Shown: one piece after another, positions 12,235 through 24,461 of the stretch
Layout of the letters: each line of letters opens with the position of its first letter
Numbering within the stretch: the stretch's first letter is position 1
Assembly (NCBI GenBank): GCA_964016885.1
Contig: OZ024741.1
Coordinates: forward strand, 46,748,001-46,812,000
Direction of reading: 5' to 3'
Origin: Eledone cirrhosa
Taxonomy: Eukaryota
Length of the DNA stretch: 64,000 nucleotides
The notes under the pieces: generated by a model
Told to the model about the DNA's origin: nothing
The model's database searches: none
What the model saw: only the letters and a program-made list of their open reading frames with translations
Made by a program: the position numbers and the translations under genes

Positions 12235-14981
12235 TTGCTATCGATAATGGCTAGCTCAGTAGAAAGAACACTAGCGAACGCCGATGAAAAAAATAGAGAA
12301 AGACAGACAGAGAGTAACGTTCCTACAAGCTCTGCCGGTATAGACGTCACTATGGTGACAAGTAGTGAAAACAAAGATTTGTTTCGCAATGAAAGCGAAA
12401 ATGCAACTCACAAGTTGGACCACACAGCTCACAACAGACATCAAAAACCACAGAAAATGAAACAATTTACACAACTACAAACGAAAAAAGTGACAACCAC
12501 AACAACACCAAAAAAATAACATTTGCACAAACAATCATAAACAAACAAGACTTCAAGGATCTTGATATCTACAATGCGAGACAGATGTTTTCTGAAGCAA
12601 AGGAATTTATTATTTTCGGAGAAAACGGTGGGTTTAAAATAAACTCACCCCCAGAAATTCGTCTTGAAACACTTTGAAGGACAGTTACCTTCAGAACTGT
12701 TTCAAATGAAACAAGAAAGCCGGCATTCCTCAGTCAAGGGGAAATAGAAACAACCTTGAAGGAGGTTGTAGTAAGATGCCTCTCGCCACCTAATGGCGAA
12801 TAAAGTAAACAGAGAGTCGTCTCCCTTGTTTGTGACGTCACAATAAACTCAGCAGCAGCAATCCTCTTTCGACAAGAACTCTGAAAGGAGTCAGACGTGT
12901 TCATTATGGGTTCTCAAAAATAACCACTGCGGAATGTTGGCAGAATTAAACACGAGACTTGCATGTTCTTAAATTAATATATTATAAAAGTTCAAAGGTA
13001 TGTAACTCTATTATAATATTGCATTCACATCGAATAAATATGTTGTTAACTGAAAGCAACAAAGTAATTACGTTTTCTGTTCAAGAAGTTAGATACGCAT
13101 TATCTAAAGTGGTGACCAGAACGTGGAAAATGTAAGGTTTTGTCGGATATAGACTTTATGCAGAGGGCCAGACAGTATGGGAGCATTTTGGTGCTCCTCA
13201 AAAGCGAAGCCCTCGCACAGAAGTATTCAGTAATGCCGATCAGTTCAAAGAAATACACCTTTTTCCCTACTTACCTGGGAAAAAGAACCCAAAACATCAA
13301 AATATCCAACATACCACCAAATATTAATATTTGGTGGATTTTGGCAGGATTTTTAGAGGAGGAACAGGACACCATACTCTCCACCAAGAAATCGAGACAC
13401 ACGTGGTCTGGTACAAATTTGGAGATTCTGGTTCAAATGAGGCCGGAGAGAATCTCCAAAATACCTGCAAAAATGCTGGTGGACAACAACAGCCACATAA
13501 ACATTTCAGCTAAGGAGGGAGACCACACTGCTTTCGATGTAACAGTATATCGCATCTAAAGGCCTCCTTCCCTTTACAGACAAACTTTAAACCCCCCCCC
13601 CCCCCCCCCACAAAAAAAATACTGTTACCAACACCAAAACCACCACCACCACCACAACAACAACAGCACCACACAAAACAAGCAAACACACCAAAACAAA
13701 CAGCCACTCAACCAACAACAACAGAAAAAACACAGACAACTCCCCTGAAGAACAGTCCCACCGCATCCCACTCCATCCAAAACTACCACAAACACACACA
13801 CAAAAACACCATCACCACACAACATACCCCTACCGCACACTCCTGATGAGGAGAGCCTCGGAAATAAAAAAAAAAAAGAAACACCGCAAAGCCACAAAAA
13901 CACCAATCACCAACACTAACACACAACCACCGACACAAACAACACCACAATCAAACCTCCCCCTACCAGCAAAACAAACACCAACACCACCCCAAACACA
14001 AACACACACCATAAAAAGAAAACTCCCAGATGAACAACAAACAAAAACAACAACAAAAACACAAACAACAGTACGCATACATCAACACCAACAACAAAAA
14101 CCTGATGGAGGTCATCTCCAAAGACCCCCCAAAGTGGAAACCAAGGGGAAAACTTTCGTGAAATCAAGATCAGCACCACACCTGAAATTGATAAGAGTTC
14201 CTATGGAAATTTATAACAAACTGAAAAATGAATTTCCGCAGGATGTCAGAAACCCCTGCCAAAACCCATAAGGGCCAACTTTCAAACGATCTTATGTCAC
14301 ACAGTATGGATGTGATAGCCATCACCGAGTCCAGGATCCACAACAGGCAGCAACTAACCCCCATCTTCAATGACTTTGAGATCTACACATTTCTCTGTCA
14401 GCCAGGAAGTGGAGGGGGAGTGGCTGTCATGTTTCGGAAAAACCTGGACGTCAAAGTACAGCAAGTACACTTGGACCCGAGGGGTAGACTGGTAGTCCTA
14501 GACGTGAACAGTGTTGGAGGTGGAGCCTTCAGACTGGTGGTCGTTTATGCCCCGAATGGGCAATCGCGGCCAGACTTCTTTAAACGTCTAGAGTCTTTTC
14601 TGGGAACATCTCGCTCCTTGCTTTTAGTGGGGGTCTGGACTGGTATCCTAGATGCACGATGGGACTATGTAGGAGCATGTCCCAGTAGAGAGGAGTGCAA
14701 CGGCCTCAAAAATTTAATCGGCCAATTCCAACCAACTGGCCGATAGGTATCGACTAGATTTCCCGACTGCACCACAGTGGACGTGGACAAACTGCAGCCC
14801 GACATCTAGATCGTATTTAGATGCCTTTCTCTCCGGACAACAACCTTCTTTAGGTACCACTTTAGAAGGAGAATCAGAGTGGAGAGAGAGGCACTGCACC
14901 CCAGTAAATTTACTGAAAGGTGGGTGAATGTAGCAAAAATGGCCCGAGTGATTGGGCCTTCTCTGTATATAAACCTGTAGG
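12235..14981 (+). mobile_element. Tx1/L1-like LINE, second copy (ORF1 + APE endonuclease, RT deleted)
   Basis: DVIAITE, GGVAVMF, VYAPN endonuclease motifs; 14819-14981 matches 11469-11638. Confidence 0.85.
12767..13134 (+). mobile_element. Lone LTR + PBS of a second CsRn1-like Gypsy family, TSD AGGT
   Basis: Starts TGTAGTAAGATGCCTC, ends CTAAA-G-TGGTGACCAGAACGTG; AGGT at 12763-12766 and 13135-13138; removing it restores host ORF1 TLKEVLSDIDF. Confidence 0.8.
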
Positions 14982-16391
14982 TTGATTCTGCCCAAATTAC
15001 CGATCTTGTGGGCCTTTTTCTTCTATTTAACATTAATTCATCTTTTCTCCACCTTAAAGGTGGTTTATATCGTGATGATTGTCTTCTTCTATCCACTAAT
15101 CTTAGCCTATCAGAAATTGAAAGAAATAAAAAAACTTATTAGAACTTTCCTCAAAGACTATTATAGTCTCACTATTACATTTGAAAACACCAGTAAAGTA
15201 GTTAATTTCCTAGATATAACTATGGACCTATCTACGAGTATCTACCAACCTTACCATAAACCTAACCAAACTTGCATTACATATACTCACAATCTAATCA
15301 CCCTAGATCTATCCTTAAAAACCTAGCATATAATATCTCACTCAGAATCTCTAACCTTTCATCAAATCAAGATGTATTCGATAAAAATGCGCCCTTTTAT
15401 AATGAAGCTTTAGCTAGAAGCGGCCACAAGAACAAATTAGTCTATATACCTTGCACCAATAATATTTCAAACATACAACCTAATATTACCAACAAACACT
15501 AAATGAAAAACCCACACCTAAATGCCACTCATGCTACACCTAAAAACACCAACCCAAAACTTAATTTCTCTACCTCTTCTCACATAAAAATAATGACTTT
15601 CAAAAAACCATTCACCCTAATACTCTAACATATGTCAACAACATAACTAACAAAATTCCTAATAATCAGACTAAAACACCTAAATCAATTAATCTAACTA
15701 AACCTATATATAATAAAATCACTAATAGTAACTCTCTCAGTAAACCTCCCGATACATCATATAAATATAAGAAAATGTTGAAACCGTAATAGACGAGTTA
15801 CTTGGTATAATGCTCCATTTAATCTACAGATTAAAGACCATATCCCTAAAAATTTCTTTGCTCTCCAAAACAAACAGAACTCTACTAGCTCCACATCCCC
15901 TAAACTATCACCCACCAACAACCTGTCTAACCATACTAATCTAATTACAACCCATTCTAAACCATACATTAATGAAAATAGTAACACTCATACCACTATA
16001 GATAACAATTAACTCTCCTGATAGAATATTTACGAATGGTTGTAACTGTAGAATCAAAAGAAATTGCCCATTAAAGGGAAATTGTCTTATTAATAACAGT
16101 CTATAAATGTGTAATTAGTACTAAGGACTCCACTCAATCCTATATAGGAGCTACATCTAACCAATTTAAAGTAAGATTTAATACCCACAAACATAGATTT
16201 AAAAATGCTGCATTAGCTAATACAACCGCCTTGGCTGAAGCAATTAATAATTATAGAAAGAAGGATATTGATTACAACCTGACCTGGTGCTCAAAAGGGC
16301 CACTCTTTATCAAAATAGCAGATACGAGTGTAGGTTATGCTTCCAAGAACTATTTGAAATCATGAAATCTAATGATATCCTATTAAATAAG

Positions 16392-16819
16392 TGTAGTAAG
16401 AGTTGCCTCCCCTGCCACGACAATCGAATCGCTGTTCTCTAGACAGGAAGTAGGTGGAGTTGCTTCCCTTTGGGATTGACCAAACTCCCTAGTGGTCACT
16501 TCCGGTCAACAGAGATAAAAGGAGCGATTAACCGCGAAATCTCTCTCTCGCCTCCTGATTCCTGAAGTGGTAACATCTTCGACCATAGCTGGTGATTCTT
16601 TCTGGACGACCCTTTCGTTACCAGCACAATCCAGCTCACCAGCCTGAGATGAGAGCGCCAAGACATTTTCTACCAACTTCACAATGGTATTATTGCCATC
16701 GGGTAACAACCCTTTACCTTATACACCTTTGACTTCTATGAAGTAAAACTTTATCACACACACCAGTACTCTTTGTCTTTTATATTATGTTGCATGTGCA
16801 CCGATATCTATTTCCTAAA
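16392..16819 (+). repeat. 5' LTR
   Basis: Matches 22043-22470 with 3 substitutions seen by eye. Confidence 0.95.
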
Positions 16820-16820
16820 G

Positions 16821-16840
16821 TGGTGACCTGCCGACGTGAT
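16821..16840 (+). promoter_or_regulatory. Primer binding site, tRNA-Trp, with a 2-nt insertion
   Basis: TGGTGACC[TG]CCGACGTGAT versus the tRNA-Trp complement TGGTGACCCCGACGTGAT. Confidence 0.85.
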
Positions 16841-17311
16841 ATTATTTTTTTTTTTTTTTAATGGGAAATGGTTATACGGTGTATCTGATATGATATAAGA
16901 CACAAACAAAAAAAAAAAAAAAGAAAAAAGAGAAAAATATAACACCTACAATTATTGACACGCAGACAAACCACAATTCTATAAATGTTTTCACGATTCT
17001 CTTTTCTCTCCTTTTTCTGCCTTTCGCTTCTCTCGCAAAAAAATAATTTTTATGAGGATGACAAGATGGAGTCTCTCTTCTCTTTAAATAGTGTTTTGGC
17101 GCGAAATAGTCCGCCATGTTGGATTTTTTTTTGTTGAGTTTTTAGGCCCCCCGAAATTAACGTAGATAACAGCATTCAAGTAATCGCTGGTTCGCACACT
17201 GTCCCGGATGCATTAGTTTTCCGGTTCAGTGCTCTGACGAAAGATTTTAGTTTCCATTTACTGTTACCTTAGAGACATTTTCCCCATACGGTAGATCACT
17301 ACGGCATACCA

Positions 17312-18106
17312 ATGGCTTCCCACTCTGTTCTGCCAACGTACACGGGCGACGTAAGGTTGTGGTTCTCGCAATTAGAAGCTTTCTTCAGGGCGAACAGAGT
17401 CGACGAGGAACTACAGCATTCTGTGGTCCTCAGTGCCATTCCGCCGGCAATTCTCCCAGCGGTCAAGGACCTCGTGTTGGAGGCAACGACAGAGTCGTCG
17501 TACGCGTCTCTGAAGGCTGAAATACTCAGCCGGACAGAACAGTCGTCAGAGAGGAGATTTAGGGCTCTGGTCCACCTGGAGCACATAGGGGATGGCACAC
17601 CATCGAACCTCCTTAGGCGGATGAAGGACCTAACGGAGGGGTCTGCAGCGGAAACTGCCCTGCTGAAGCAGTTGTTCTTTTCGCGCCTGCCGACGAACGT
17701 ACAGGCAATTTTGGCCCCCATGAGGGATTCGAGCTCGGTTGAGCAGCTTGCCTCATCGGCGGACAAGATATTCGAGGTGACGAATGCCGGAGACAGCGAC
17801 CCCCTCGCCGCTGTTCAACACCCAGCTCGGGCCACACACGGCCATGCGATCTACGCGGCAGCACCAACGGATAGCTTGGCGATCATTGCGATGCAAAGGT
17901 CCATTCAGGAGCTCACCATGGAGCTCCACAAGATGAAGGCCTTGTGTGGTGGCTGTTCGCGCTCCCGCAGTCGCGGGAGATCGCAAAGTTTCAGACGACG
18001 GTCCAAATCACCTGGTTCAGCCTTATGCTGGTACCACGAGCGGTTCGCGGAGAACGCGAAGCACTGCGTGCAACCTTGCTCCTATCATAAGGCGGGAAAC
18101 GCTTAA
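17312..18106 (+). CDS. gag: Gag
   Basis: 264 aa; [10 protein letters not shown]-terminus; C-X2-H-X9-C-X3-C ([18 protein letters not shown]). Confidence 0.93.
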   Translation: MASHSVLPTYTGDVRLWFSQLEAFFRANRVDEELQHSVVLSAIPPAILPAVKDLVLEATTESSYASLKAEILSRTEQSSERRFRALVHLEHIGDGTPSNLLRRMKDLTEGSAAETALLKQLFFSRLPTNVQAILAPMRDSSSVEQLASSADKIFEVTNAGDSDPLAAVQHPARATHGHAIYAAAPTDSLAIIAMQRSIQELTMELHKMKALCGGCSRSRSRGRSQSFRRRSKSPGSALCWYHERFAENAKHCVQPCSYHKAGNA

Positions 18107-18125
18107 GAGGTCCTCTGATGGGGAC
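18094..18125 (+). promoter_or_regulatory. -1 ribosomal frameshift signal
   Basis: G_GGA_AAC in the gag frame; pol lies in the -1 frame and is open from here; downstream hairpin GTCCTC-TGAT-GGGGAC. Confidence 0.8.
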
Positions 18126-21100
18126 AGATGTCCTCAACATAAAGCCACCAAACCGCCATTTCTTCATTAAGGACCTAATATCCGGAAGAGGTTTCCTCGT
18201 GGATACAGGAGCCTCCTGTAGTATCTGGCCGGTCCATTGCCTGAAAGATACCCCCATAGAGTCATCTGTCACGCTGCAGGCAGTTAACCACTCGTCTATA
18301 AAGACGTACGGGCAAATCTCGCTCCCTCTTAAATTCCTAAATCTCCGAAGGGATTTTAAGTGGATTTTTACGGTTGCCGATTTGCCATATCCCATCTTAG
18401 GAGCGGATTTCCTCCACAACTTCTCTTTAACTGTGGACGTCCGTGGCCAACGCCTGGTGGATAACATCACCGGCTTTTCAATTCATGGCCAGGAAGCCAA
18501 GGCCCCAATAGTCAGCCCCGTGTTCTTTATTGCTGCCGCTGGTGACGCTTACCATGCGTTACTGGGTTCTTTCCCGGAGCTCACGGATGGAAATTTTCGA
18601 GTCACTGACCCAACACACTCGACCGAACATTTTGTTTCCACCACCGGTGCCCCAGTGTTTTCGCGCCCACGCCGCTTACCGACGGAAAAATTAAAGGCAG
18701 CACGGTCCGAGTTCGACCATATGCTGCAGCTGGGCATTATTCGCCCATCTACGAGTCCTTGGGCTTCACCGTTACACATGGTGCCCAAGACTTCCGGCGA
18801 CTGGAGACCCACAGGGGATTATAGGAGGTTAAATGCCATGACCGTCCTGGATAGGTATCCCATTCCCCATCTCCACGATTTTGCATCTTCACTGCAGGGG
18901 TGTAGGATTTTTTCTAAGCTAGATTTAGTGCGAGCCTACCACCAAATTCCGGTCAGGAAGGAGGATATTCCGAAAACTGCAATTACAACCCCTTTCGGAT
19001 CATTCGAATTTTTGACCATGCCTTTCGGACTCAGGAACGCCGCTAGCACTTTTCAGCGGTTCATAGACGAGGTCACGCGTGGTCTGGACTTTGTTTATGC
19101 TTACATAGACGATATTCTCGTCGCTAGTTCCTCTCCGGAAGAGCATATGCGCCACATGCTTCTCTTACTTCGGCGACTTCAGGATTACCGCGTTCGCGTG
19201 AATCCTGCAAAGTGTGTTTTCGGTTCCACTTCCCTACATTTTTTAGGCCACCTCATCGACGCCGAAGGTATTAGGCCGCTCCCTGAGCGAGTTCAAGCCA
19301 TACAGGAGTTACCGCCGCCTACTACACTTCACCAGTTGCGTCACTTCTTAGGCCTAATCAATTTCTATAGGCGTTTCATTCCTCATTGTGCTAATTGGCT
19401 ATCTTCCCTTACTGACATTTTAAAAAAACGTCGTAAGAAGAATGAAGACATTTCCTTGACACAAGGACAGCTTCAGGACTTCCAGTCTGCCAAGACAGCC
19501 CTCGCTAGTTCTTCTTTGCTAGCCCACCCGGTACCAGAGGCCAAGCTTTCGCTTTGTGTTGATGCATCTGATACCGCTGTGGGTGCAGTTTTACAGCAGT
19601 CTTACGCTGAAAGCCAACAACCTTTGGCATTTTTCTCGAAGAAGTTGAAACCAGCAGAAACGCGTTATAGCACGTTTGGGCGGGAATTATTAGCCATATA
19701 TCTGTCGGTGAAACATTTCTCTCATATCCTTGAGGGGAGAAATTTTACGGTTTTTACCGACCACAAACCGTTGACCTTCGCTTTGAGGGCCAAAGCCGAC
19801 AGATATTCGCCCAGAGAGACAAGGCACCTGGACTACGTTTCACAATTTACAAACGATATCCAGCACATTGCCGGCTCGCACAACATAGTTGCAGACGCAT
19901 TATCTCGTTTGCCAATTAGCTCCATCTCGTCATCCCAGGACATCGATTTAGGTCGTTTAGCTGCAGACCAACCTGCACTCCAATCGTTGGACACTCTTTC
20001 CACCGAATTTGCGACTTGCATTTTCAAATATCTGCCCTTGTCCACCACCGACAGGCAGATCCTTTGTGATGTATCCACTGATGCACCACGACCACTTGTT
20101 CCTGAGACTCACCGTCGAATTGTGTTCCTGGCTCTGCACAACATTTCTCATCCAGGATCGGCTGCCACAGTTAAACTTATAACAGCCAGATTCTTCTGGC
20201 CTAATATGAGGCGAGACATTGCTGTTTTTTGCCGTTCCTGTATCGCTTGCCAGAAATCGAAGATCCATAGACACATCCGGACTCCACTTGGTACTTTCAC
20301 CACTCCAGATGCCCGGTTTCAACACATCCACATTGACATCGTTGGACCTTGGCCATTCAGCAGTGGATATTCATACATATTGACGTGTGTCGATCGTTTT
20401 TCGAGATGGCCTGAGGCCATCCCTTTACAAGACATGACGGCTGAGACTGTAGCACGTGCCCTGGTATCAGGGTGGATTACCCGCTTTGGGGTACCAACTA
20501 CACTCACCACAGACCGCGGTAGACAATTCGAGTCCCATCTCTTCTCTGAGCTCACAAAAATAATTGGAGCTCAACGGATTCGGACCACAGCCTATCATCC
20601 TGCTTCAAATGGAATGGTGGAACGATTCCACCGCCAATTAAAGGCCGCTCTTCGCGCCTATCCAGACTCTCAACGTTGGAGCGAGTACCTTCCTAATGTG
20701 TTATTAGGAATTCGGTCATCAATAAAGGAGGACCTTGGGTTCTCCCCGGCCGAATTAATCTACGGTGCTCCTCTAGCGTTGCCTGGGCAAATGCTTGCCC
20801 CTGTTGATCTTGCTTTCCAAGATCCGCTTTCCTACGTATCCCGTCTGCGTTCTTATTTACAGGACCTGCCGCCGATGGATACGAGGAAGCAAACTGTAAA
20901 ACATGCGGTCCCGAGGGACATTGCCTCGTGGACCCATGTGTTCGTAAGCAACGATGCTGTGAGACCACCCCTCACACAACCATACTCTGGACCCTACCGT
21001 GTGTTAGCACGCACTGACAAACATTTCACAGTAGACGTTAAGGGGTCCAGAGAGACAATTTCGGTGGATAGACTGAAAAGGGCACACAATGACGCTCATA

Positions 21101-21246
21101 CACCCGAGCCACAAATACCCCAATCTTTCACCATTGTGCATACACCTGCTCCTTCTGCCCCACCATCACCTACATACAAGACTACGACCCGTTCCGGTCG
21201 GAGAGTCCACTGGCCCAAAAAGTTCTGCCAAACTATTTTTATATGA
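18118..21246 (+). CDS. pol: Pol polyprotein (PR-RT-RNaseH-integrase), probably made as a Gag-Pol fusion
   Basis: DTGA, YIDD, DAS...RELLA, HHCC, D-D-E and GPY motifs; 1042 aa uninterrupted. Confidence 0.97.
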   Translation: MGTDVLNIKPPNRHFFIKDLISGRGFLVDTGASCSIWPVHCLKDTPIESSVTLQAVNHSSIKTYGQISLPLKFLNLRRDFKWIFTVADLPYPILGADFLHNFSLTVDVRGQRLVDNITGFSIHGQEAKAPIVSPVFFIAAAGDAYHALLGSFPELTDGNFRVTDPTHSTEHFVSTTGAPVFSRPRRLPTEKLKAARSEFDHMLQLGIIRPSTSPWASPLHMVPKTSGDWRPTGDYRRLNAMTVLDRYPIPHLHDFASSLQGCRIFSKLDLVRAYHQIPVRKEDIPKTAITTPFGSFEFLTMPFGLRNAASTFQRFIDEVTRGLDFVYAYIDDILVASSSPEEHMRHMLLLLRRLQDYRVRVNPAKCVFGSTSLHFLGHLIDAEGIRPLPERVQAIQELPPPTTLHQLRHFLGLINFYRRFIPHCANWLSSLTDILKKRRKKNEDISLTQGQLQDFQSAKTALASSSLLAHPVPEAKLSLCVDASDTAVGAVLQQSYAESQQPLAFFSKKLKPAETRYSTFGRELLAIYLSVKHFSHILEGRNFTVFTDHKPLTFALRAKADRYSPRETRHLDYVSQFTNDIQHIAGSHNIVADALSRLPISSISSSQDIDLGRLAADQPALQSLDTLSTEFATCIFKYLPLSTTDRQILCDVSTDAPRPLVPETHRRIVFLALHNISHPGSAATVKLITARFFWPNMRRDIAVFCRSCIACQKSKIHRHIRTPLGTFTTPDARFQHIHIDIVGPWPFSSGYSYILTCVDRFSRWPEAIPLQDMTAETVARALVSGWITRFGVPTTLTTDRGRQFESHLFSELTKIIGAQRIRTTAYHPASNGMVERFHRQLKAALRAYPDSQRWSEYLPNVLLGIRSSIKEDLGFSPAELIYGAPLALPGQMLAPVDLAFQDPLSYVSRLRSYLQDLPPMDTRKQTVKHAVPRDIASWTHVFVSNDAVRPPLTQPYSGPYRVLARTDKHFTVDVKGSRETISVDRLKRAHNDAHTPEPQIPQSFTIVHTPAPSAPPSPTYKTTTRSGRRVHWPKKFCQTIFI

Positions 21247-22029
21247 ACTGGCCATTGGAGCCTTATATATATATATATATATATTTTTTTTTTTTTGTTT
21301 TTGCTGTTCTTATTTATTTGATTTATTGTATTGCAATGTACCTCTCATGACCATTTCACTGGATGTATATATATGTTTTTTCGTTTCCTTTACAATGAAC
21401 ATTTTAAGCTACATTCTTCTCTTTGCCGGTTTATAAGTTTGCAATGTAAATTTACCGTTGATAACCGCGCATTTAGTAAGAATGCTTATTTCTCTGGTCG
21501 CTGGCCTCTGGACCCTTCCAGATCAACGCATTCTCAACATCGACCATCAACTTCGGCTGCTATTTCTAGCACTTTGCGCAACTCATTTTTTCTGAAAAAA
21601 TTTTTGTCTACTGTGAATTTAAACACCGAATACGCTCACTCAGCAGCAACACCAACAGCAATATAACAGCAACAGCAATATAACAGCAACAGCAATACAG
21701 CAGCAACAGCAACAGCAATACAGCAACTCAGCTTCACCAACAACCAAAGCCAGAGAATTTATTTTTGCAGCACTCTTCCTGTGAGAAAATCCATTTGGAT
21801 GTTGGAAATTTCACGATATACCACAAAAAAAAAACCACCTGCATTCATTCTCTGGAACACACTTTCTTTCCTGCTGTCATGTGATTGCACACCTGTGAAC
21901 TATATTTTGTACATTTGAACTTTTGACTTTTCTTACTTCCATTACTCTGTACCATATTTTTCATGCCTCTTACATGCTCGCCATCTTACTCCATGCATGC
22001 TTCTTTCGATTTTTTATGTTTTAAAAATC

Positions 22030-22042
22030 TGGCGGGGGATAC
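22030..22042 (+). promoter_or_regulatory. Polypurine tract
   Basis: TGGCGGGGGATAC immediately before the 3' LTR. Confidence 0.7.
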
Positions 22043-22470
22043 TGTAGTAAGAGTTGCCTCCCCTGCCACGACAATCGAATCGCTGTTCTCTAGACAGGAA
22101 GTAGGTGGAGTTGCTTCCTTTTGGGATTGACCAAACTCCCTAGTGGTCACTTCCGGTCAACAGAGATAAAAGGAGCGATTAACCGCGAAATCTCTCTCTC
22201 GCCTCCTGATTCCTGAAGTGGTACCATCTTCGACCAAAGCTGGTGATTCTTTCTGGACGACCCTTTCGTTACCAGCACAATCCAGCTCACCAGCCTGAGA
22301 TGAGAGCGCCAAGACATTTTCTACCAACTTCACAATGGTATTATTGCCATCGGGTAACAACCCTTTACCTTATACACCTTTGACTTCTATGAAGTAAAAC
22401 TTTATCACACACACCAGTACTCTTTGTCTTTTATATTATGTTGCATGTGCACCGATATCTATTTCCTAAA
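22043..22470 (+). repeat. 3' LTR
   Basis: Copy of the 5' LTR followed by TSD TAAG. Confidence 0.95.
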
Positions 22471-23263
22471 TAAGCGACAGGAGTTATTTATATCATGCAA
22501 TTATAGAATTAGAAAAACCTTCAAATATTATACACTTAATTAATATATATCTCACTCTTATATTTTACAAATTATTATAATTTAAAAAAAGATCTTTTTA
22601 ATTTAGTTAACCTATAATTAGAAATTTACTACAGAGAATTTCATAATTTTATTTCCCCCTTACATCTCACTTTAACTAAAGTTATCTTTAACCTCATTAC
22701 TTCTTTTAACCGCACCCCCTATTTATCACATTTAATACCTAGCATTATTAAATATAATTAATATCTTTAATATTATGGATATTTAGATAGATACACTACT
22801 TTTTATTAAATTTTATCTATATATATATTTTTTTTACTTCTTTATTTATCACATCCATAAGAATTAATATAATTTTAACTCTGTAAGTATACCTATCAAT
22901 TAATTTAATTTCCTTTTATGTATCTAGGTTCCTTGAAATTTAAATAGGATTAGTATTTCTCACTAACATTCTCATCCCACAAATTTTTTTCCCTTCGCTT
23001 TTAACAGCATTCTTTAATAACATCAATTTTTTGGGAATCCTTCACTATCTCCTTGATTTGACCTTATTTTAACTCCTATCTTTCTCTTCCCCATTGTATT
23101 CTTTTCATTCAAAGCATAAATTTACATTCCTCCACTCCTAGCATCAAGTTCGAGTACTGTTATTCTATCAACTTGACCTCTAACTCTTTTCTATTGGTCA
23201 ATTCAAAACCTGTTCCCAAACAGACCTTTTATTTTAATACTTTGTTTCTTTCAATAAACATAC

Positions 23264-23406
23264 TTCATCATTTCTGAAGATGGCATGTATAAGTGAAGGT
23301 ATGTATATCTCCTCTGATAATTTGTAATATTTTTTTACATAGATCTTTAACATAATATACATACCAACTCACATATATATCCCAGAAACGGTCGTAAAAT
23401 GATGAA
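23264..23406 (+). ncRNA. Type I hammerhead ribozyme with a 104-nt stem II
   Basis: Stem I TTCATCATTT/AAATGATGAA; core CTGAAGA...GAAA; stem III ACG-GT-CGT; GUA site at 23394-23396. Confidence 0.8.
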
Positions 23407-23525
23407 TTTTTCAATATAAGGAACCTGTTCTTTGTTTTTATTTCATTGTTTTTATTAATTTTTATATATATATGTGTGTGTGTGTGTGTATACATGTGTG
23501 TATCCCATAAGTTATGTCCGGATTT

Positions 23526-23578
<53 letters not shown>

Positions 23579-23629
23579 TATATATATATAAACACACACA
23601 CATATATATATATATACAAGGAGGCTTAG

Positions 23630-23987
23630 TTGTTAGAGCATTGGCCTTGTAATCGAAAGGTTGTGAGTTCAATTCTCAGACCGGGTGATGTGTTGTTTCC
23701 TTGAGCAAGACACTTTATTTCACATTGCTCCAGTTTACTCAGCTGTAGAAATGAGATGATAGGGACTGGGGTCCCTATCATTCCACTGCAAAGTGGTCAT
23801 GGAGGTGCCATGGCAAAAAAAGCACCCAGCTCACACTGTAAAGTGGACGTGTAGGTGCCACGGCAAAAAAGCACCCATGATGTTGGTGTTAGAAAGGGCA
23901 TCCAGCTGTAGAAATCAAGCCAGAAGTAGTTCCCGTCCCACCCTTGCAAGCAGGAATAAGCGGGCGTAAAATGATGGATGGATGGAT
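23630..23987 (+). mobile_element. tRNA-head CORE-like SINE with an RTE-derived 3' tail
   Basis: A box GGCTTAGTTG, B box GAGTTCAATTC, CCTTGAGCAAGACACTTT core, GGGCATCCAGCTGTAGAAA tail shared with the RTE 3' UTR, (GATG)n end. Confidence 0.85.
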
Positions 23988-24039
23988 ACAGATATATATA
24001 TATATATACACACATACACATATATATACACAAACACAC

Positions 24040-24084
<45 letters not shown>

Positions 24085-24090
24085 AATATA

Positions 24091-24157
<67 letters not shown>

Positions 24158-24240
24158 ATATATATATGTGTATATATATATATGTGTGTGTGTATATATA
24201 TATATGTGTGTATATATATATATATATATGTGTGTATATA

Positions 24241-24275
<35 letters not shown>

Positions 24276-24460
24276 CATCATCATCATTTAACATCCATCT
24301 CCCACGCTTGCATGGGTTTGGACGGGAATTTTCCCACTTGAGGCAAAATTGGTTGTCTTGCTCGCATAGGACTGTCTGGCAGGTTTTCTACGGCTGGATG
24401 CCCTTCCTAACACCAACCAAGTTTACAGTGTGGACTGGGTGGTTTTTACCGTGTTACAGC
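24276..24460 (-). mobile_element. RTE LINE 3' end
   Basis: Matches the reverse complement of ~50290-50495, with a (GAT)n tail. Confidence 0.85.
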
Positions 24461-24461
24461 A

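Larger units (their letters stand above)
16392..22470 (+). mobile_element. Full-length Ty3/Gypsy LTR retrotransposon, CsRn1 clade
   Basis: Two 428-bp LTRs, TSD TAAG, tRNA-Trp PBS, PPT, gag with a CHCC motif, intact pol. Confidence 0.97.
14982..23440 (+). mobile_element. 5'-truncated, degraded Naiad-type PLE split by the Gypsy insertion (14982-16391 and 22471-23440)
   Basis: DSAQITDLVG, VNFLDITMDL, YHKPN, SNHP, CNC..CPLKGNCL, YIGAT; reading ILLNK|RQELFISC is continuous across the insertion. Confidence 0.85.

Noticed and set aside
13843-13866. CTGATGAG...GGAAA hammerhead-like string
   Set aside because: No stem III, cleavage triplet or stem I; lies within LINE ORF1
23630-23700. tRNA gene
   Set aside because: A and B boxes are a SINE head continuing into core and LINE tail; no full cloverleaf
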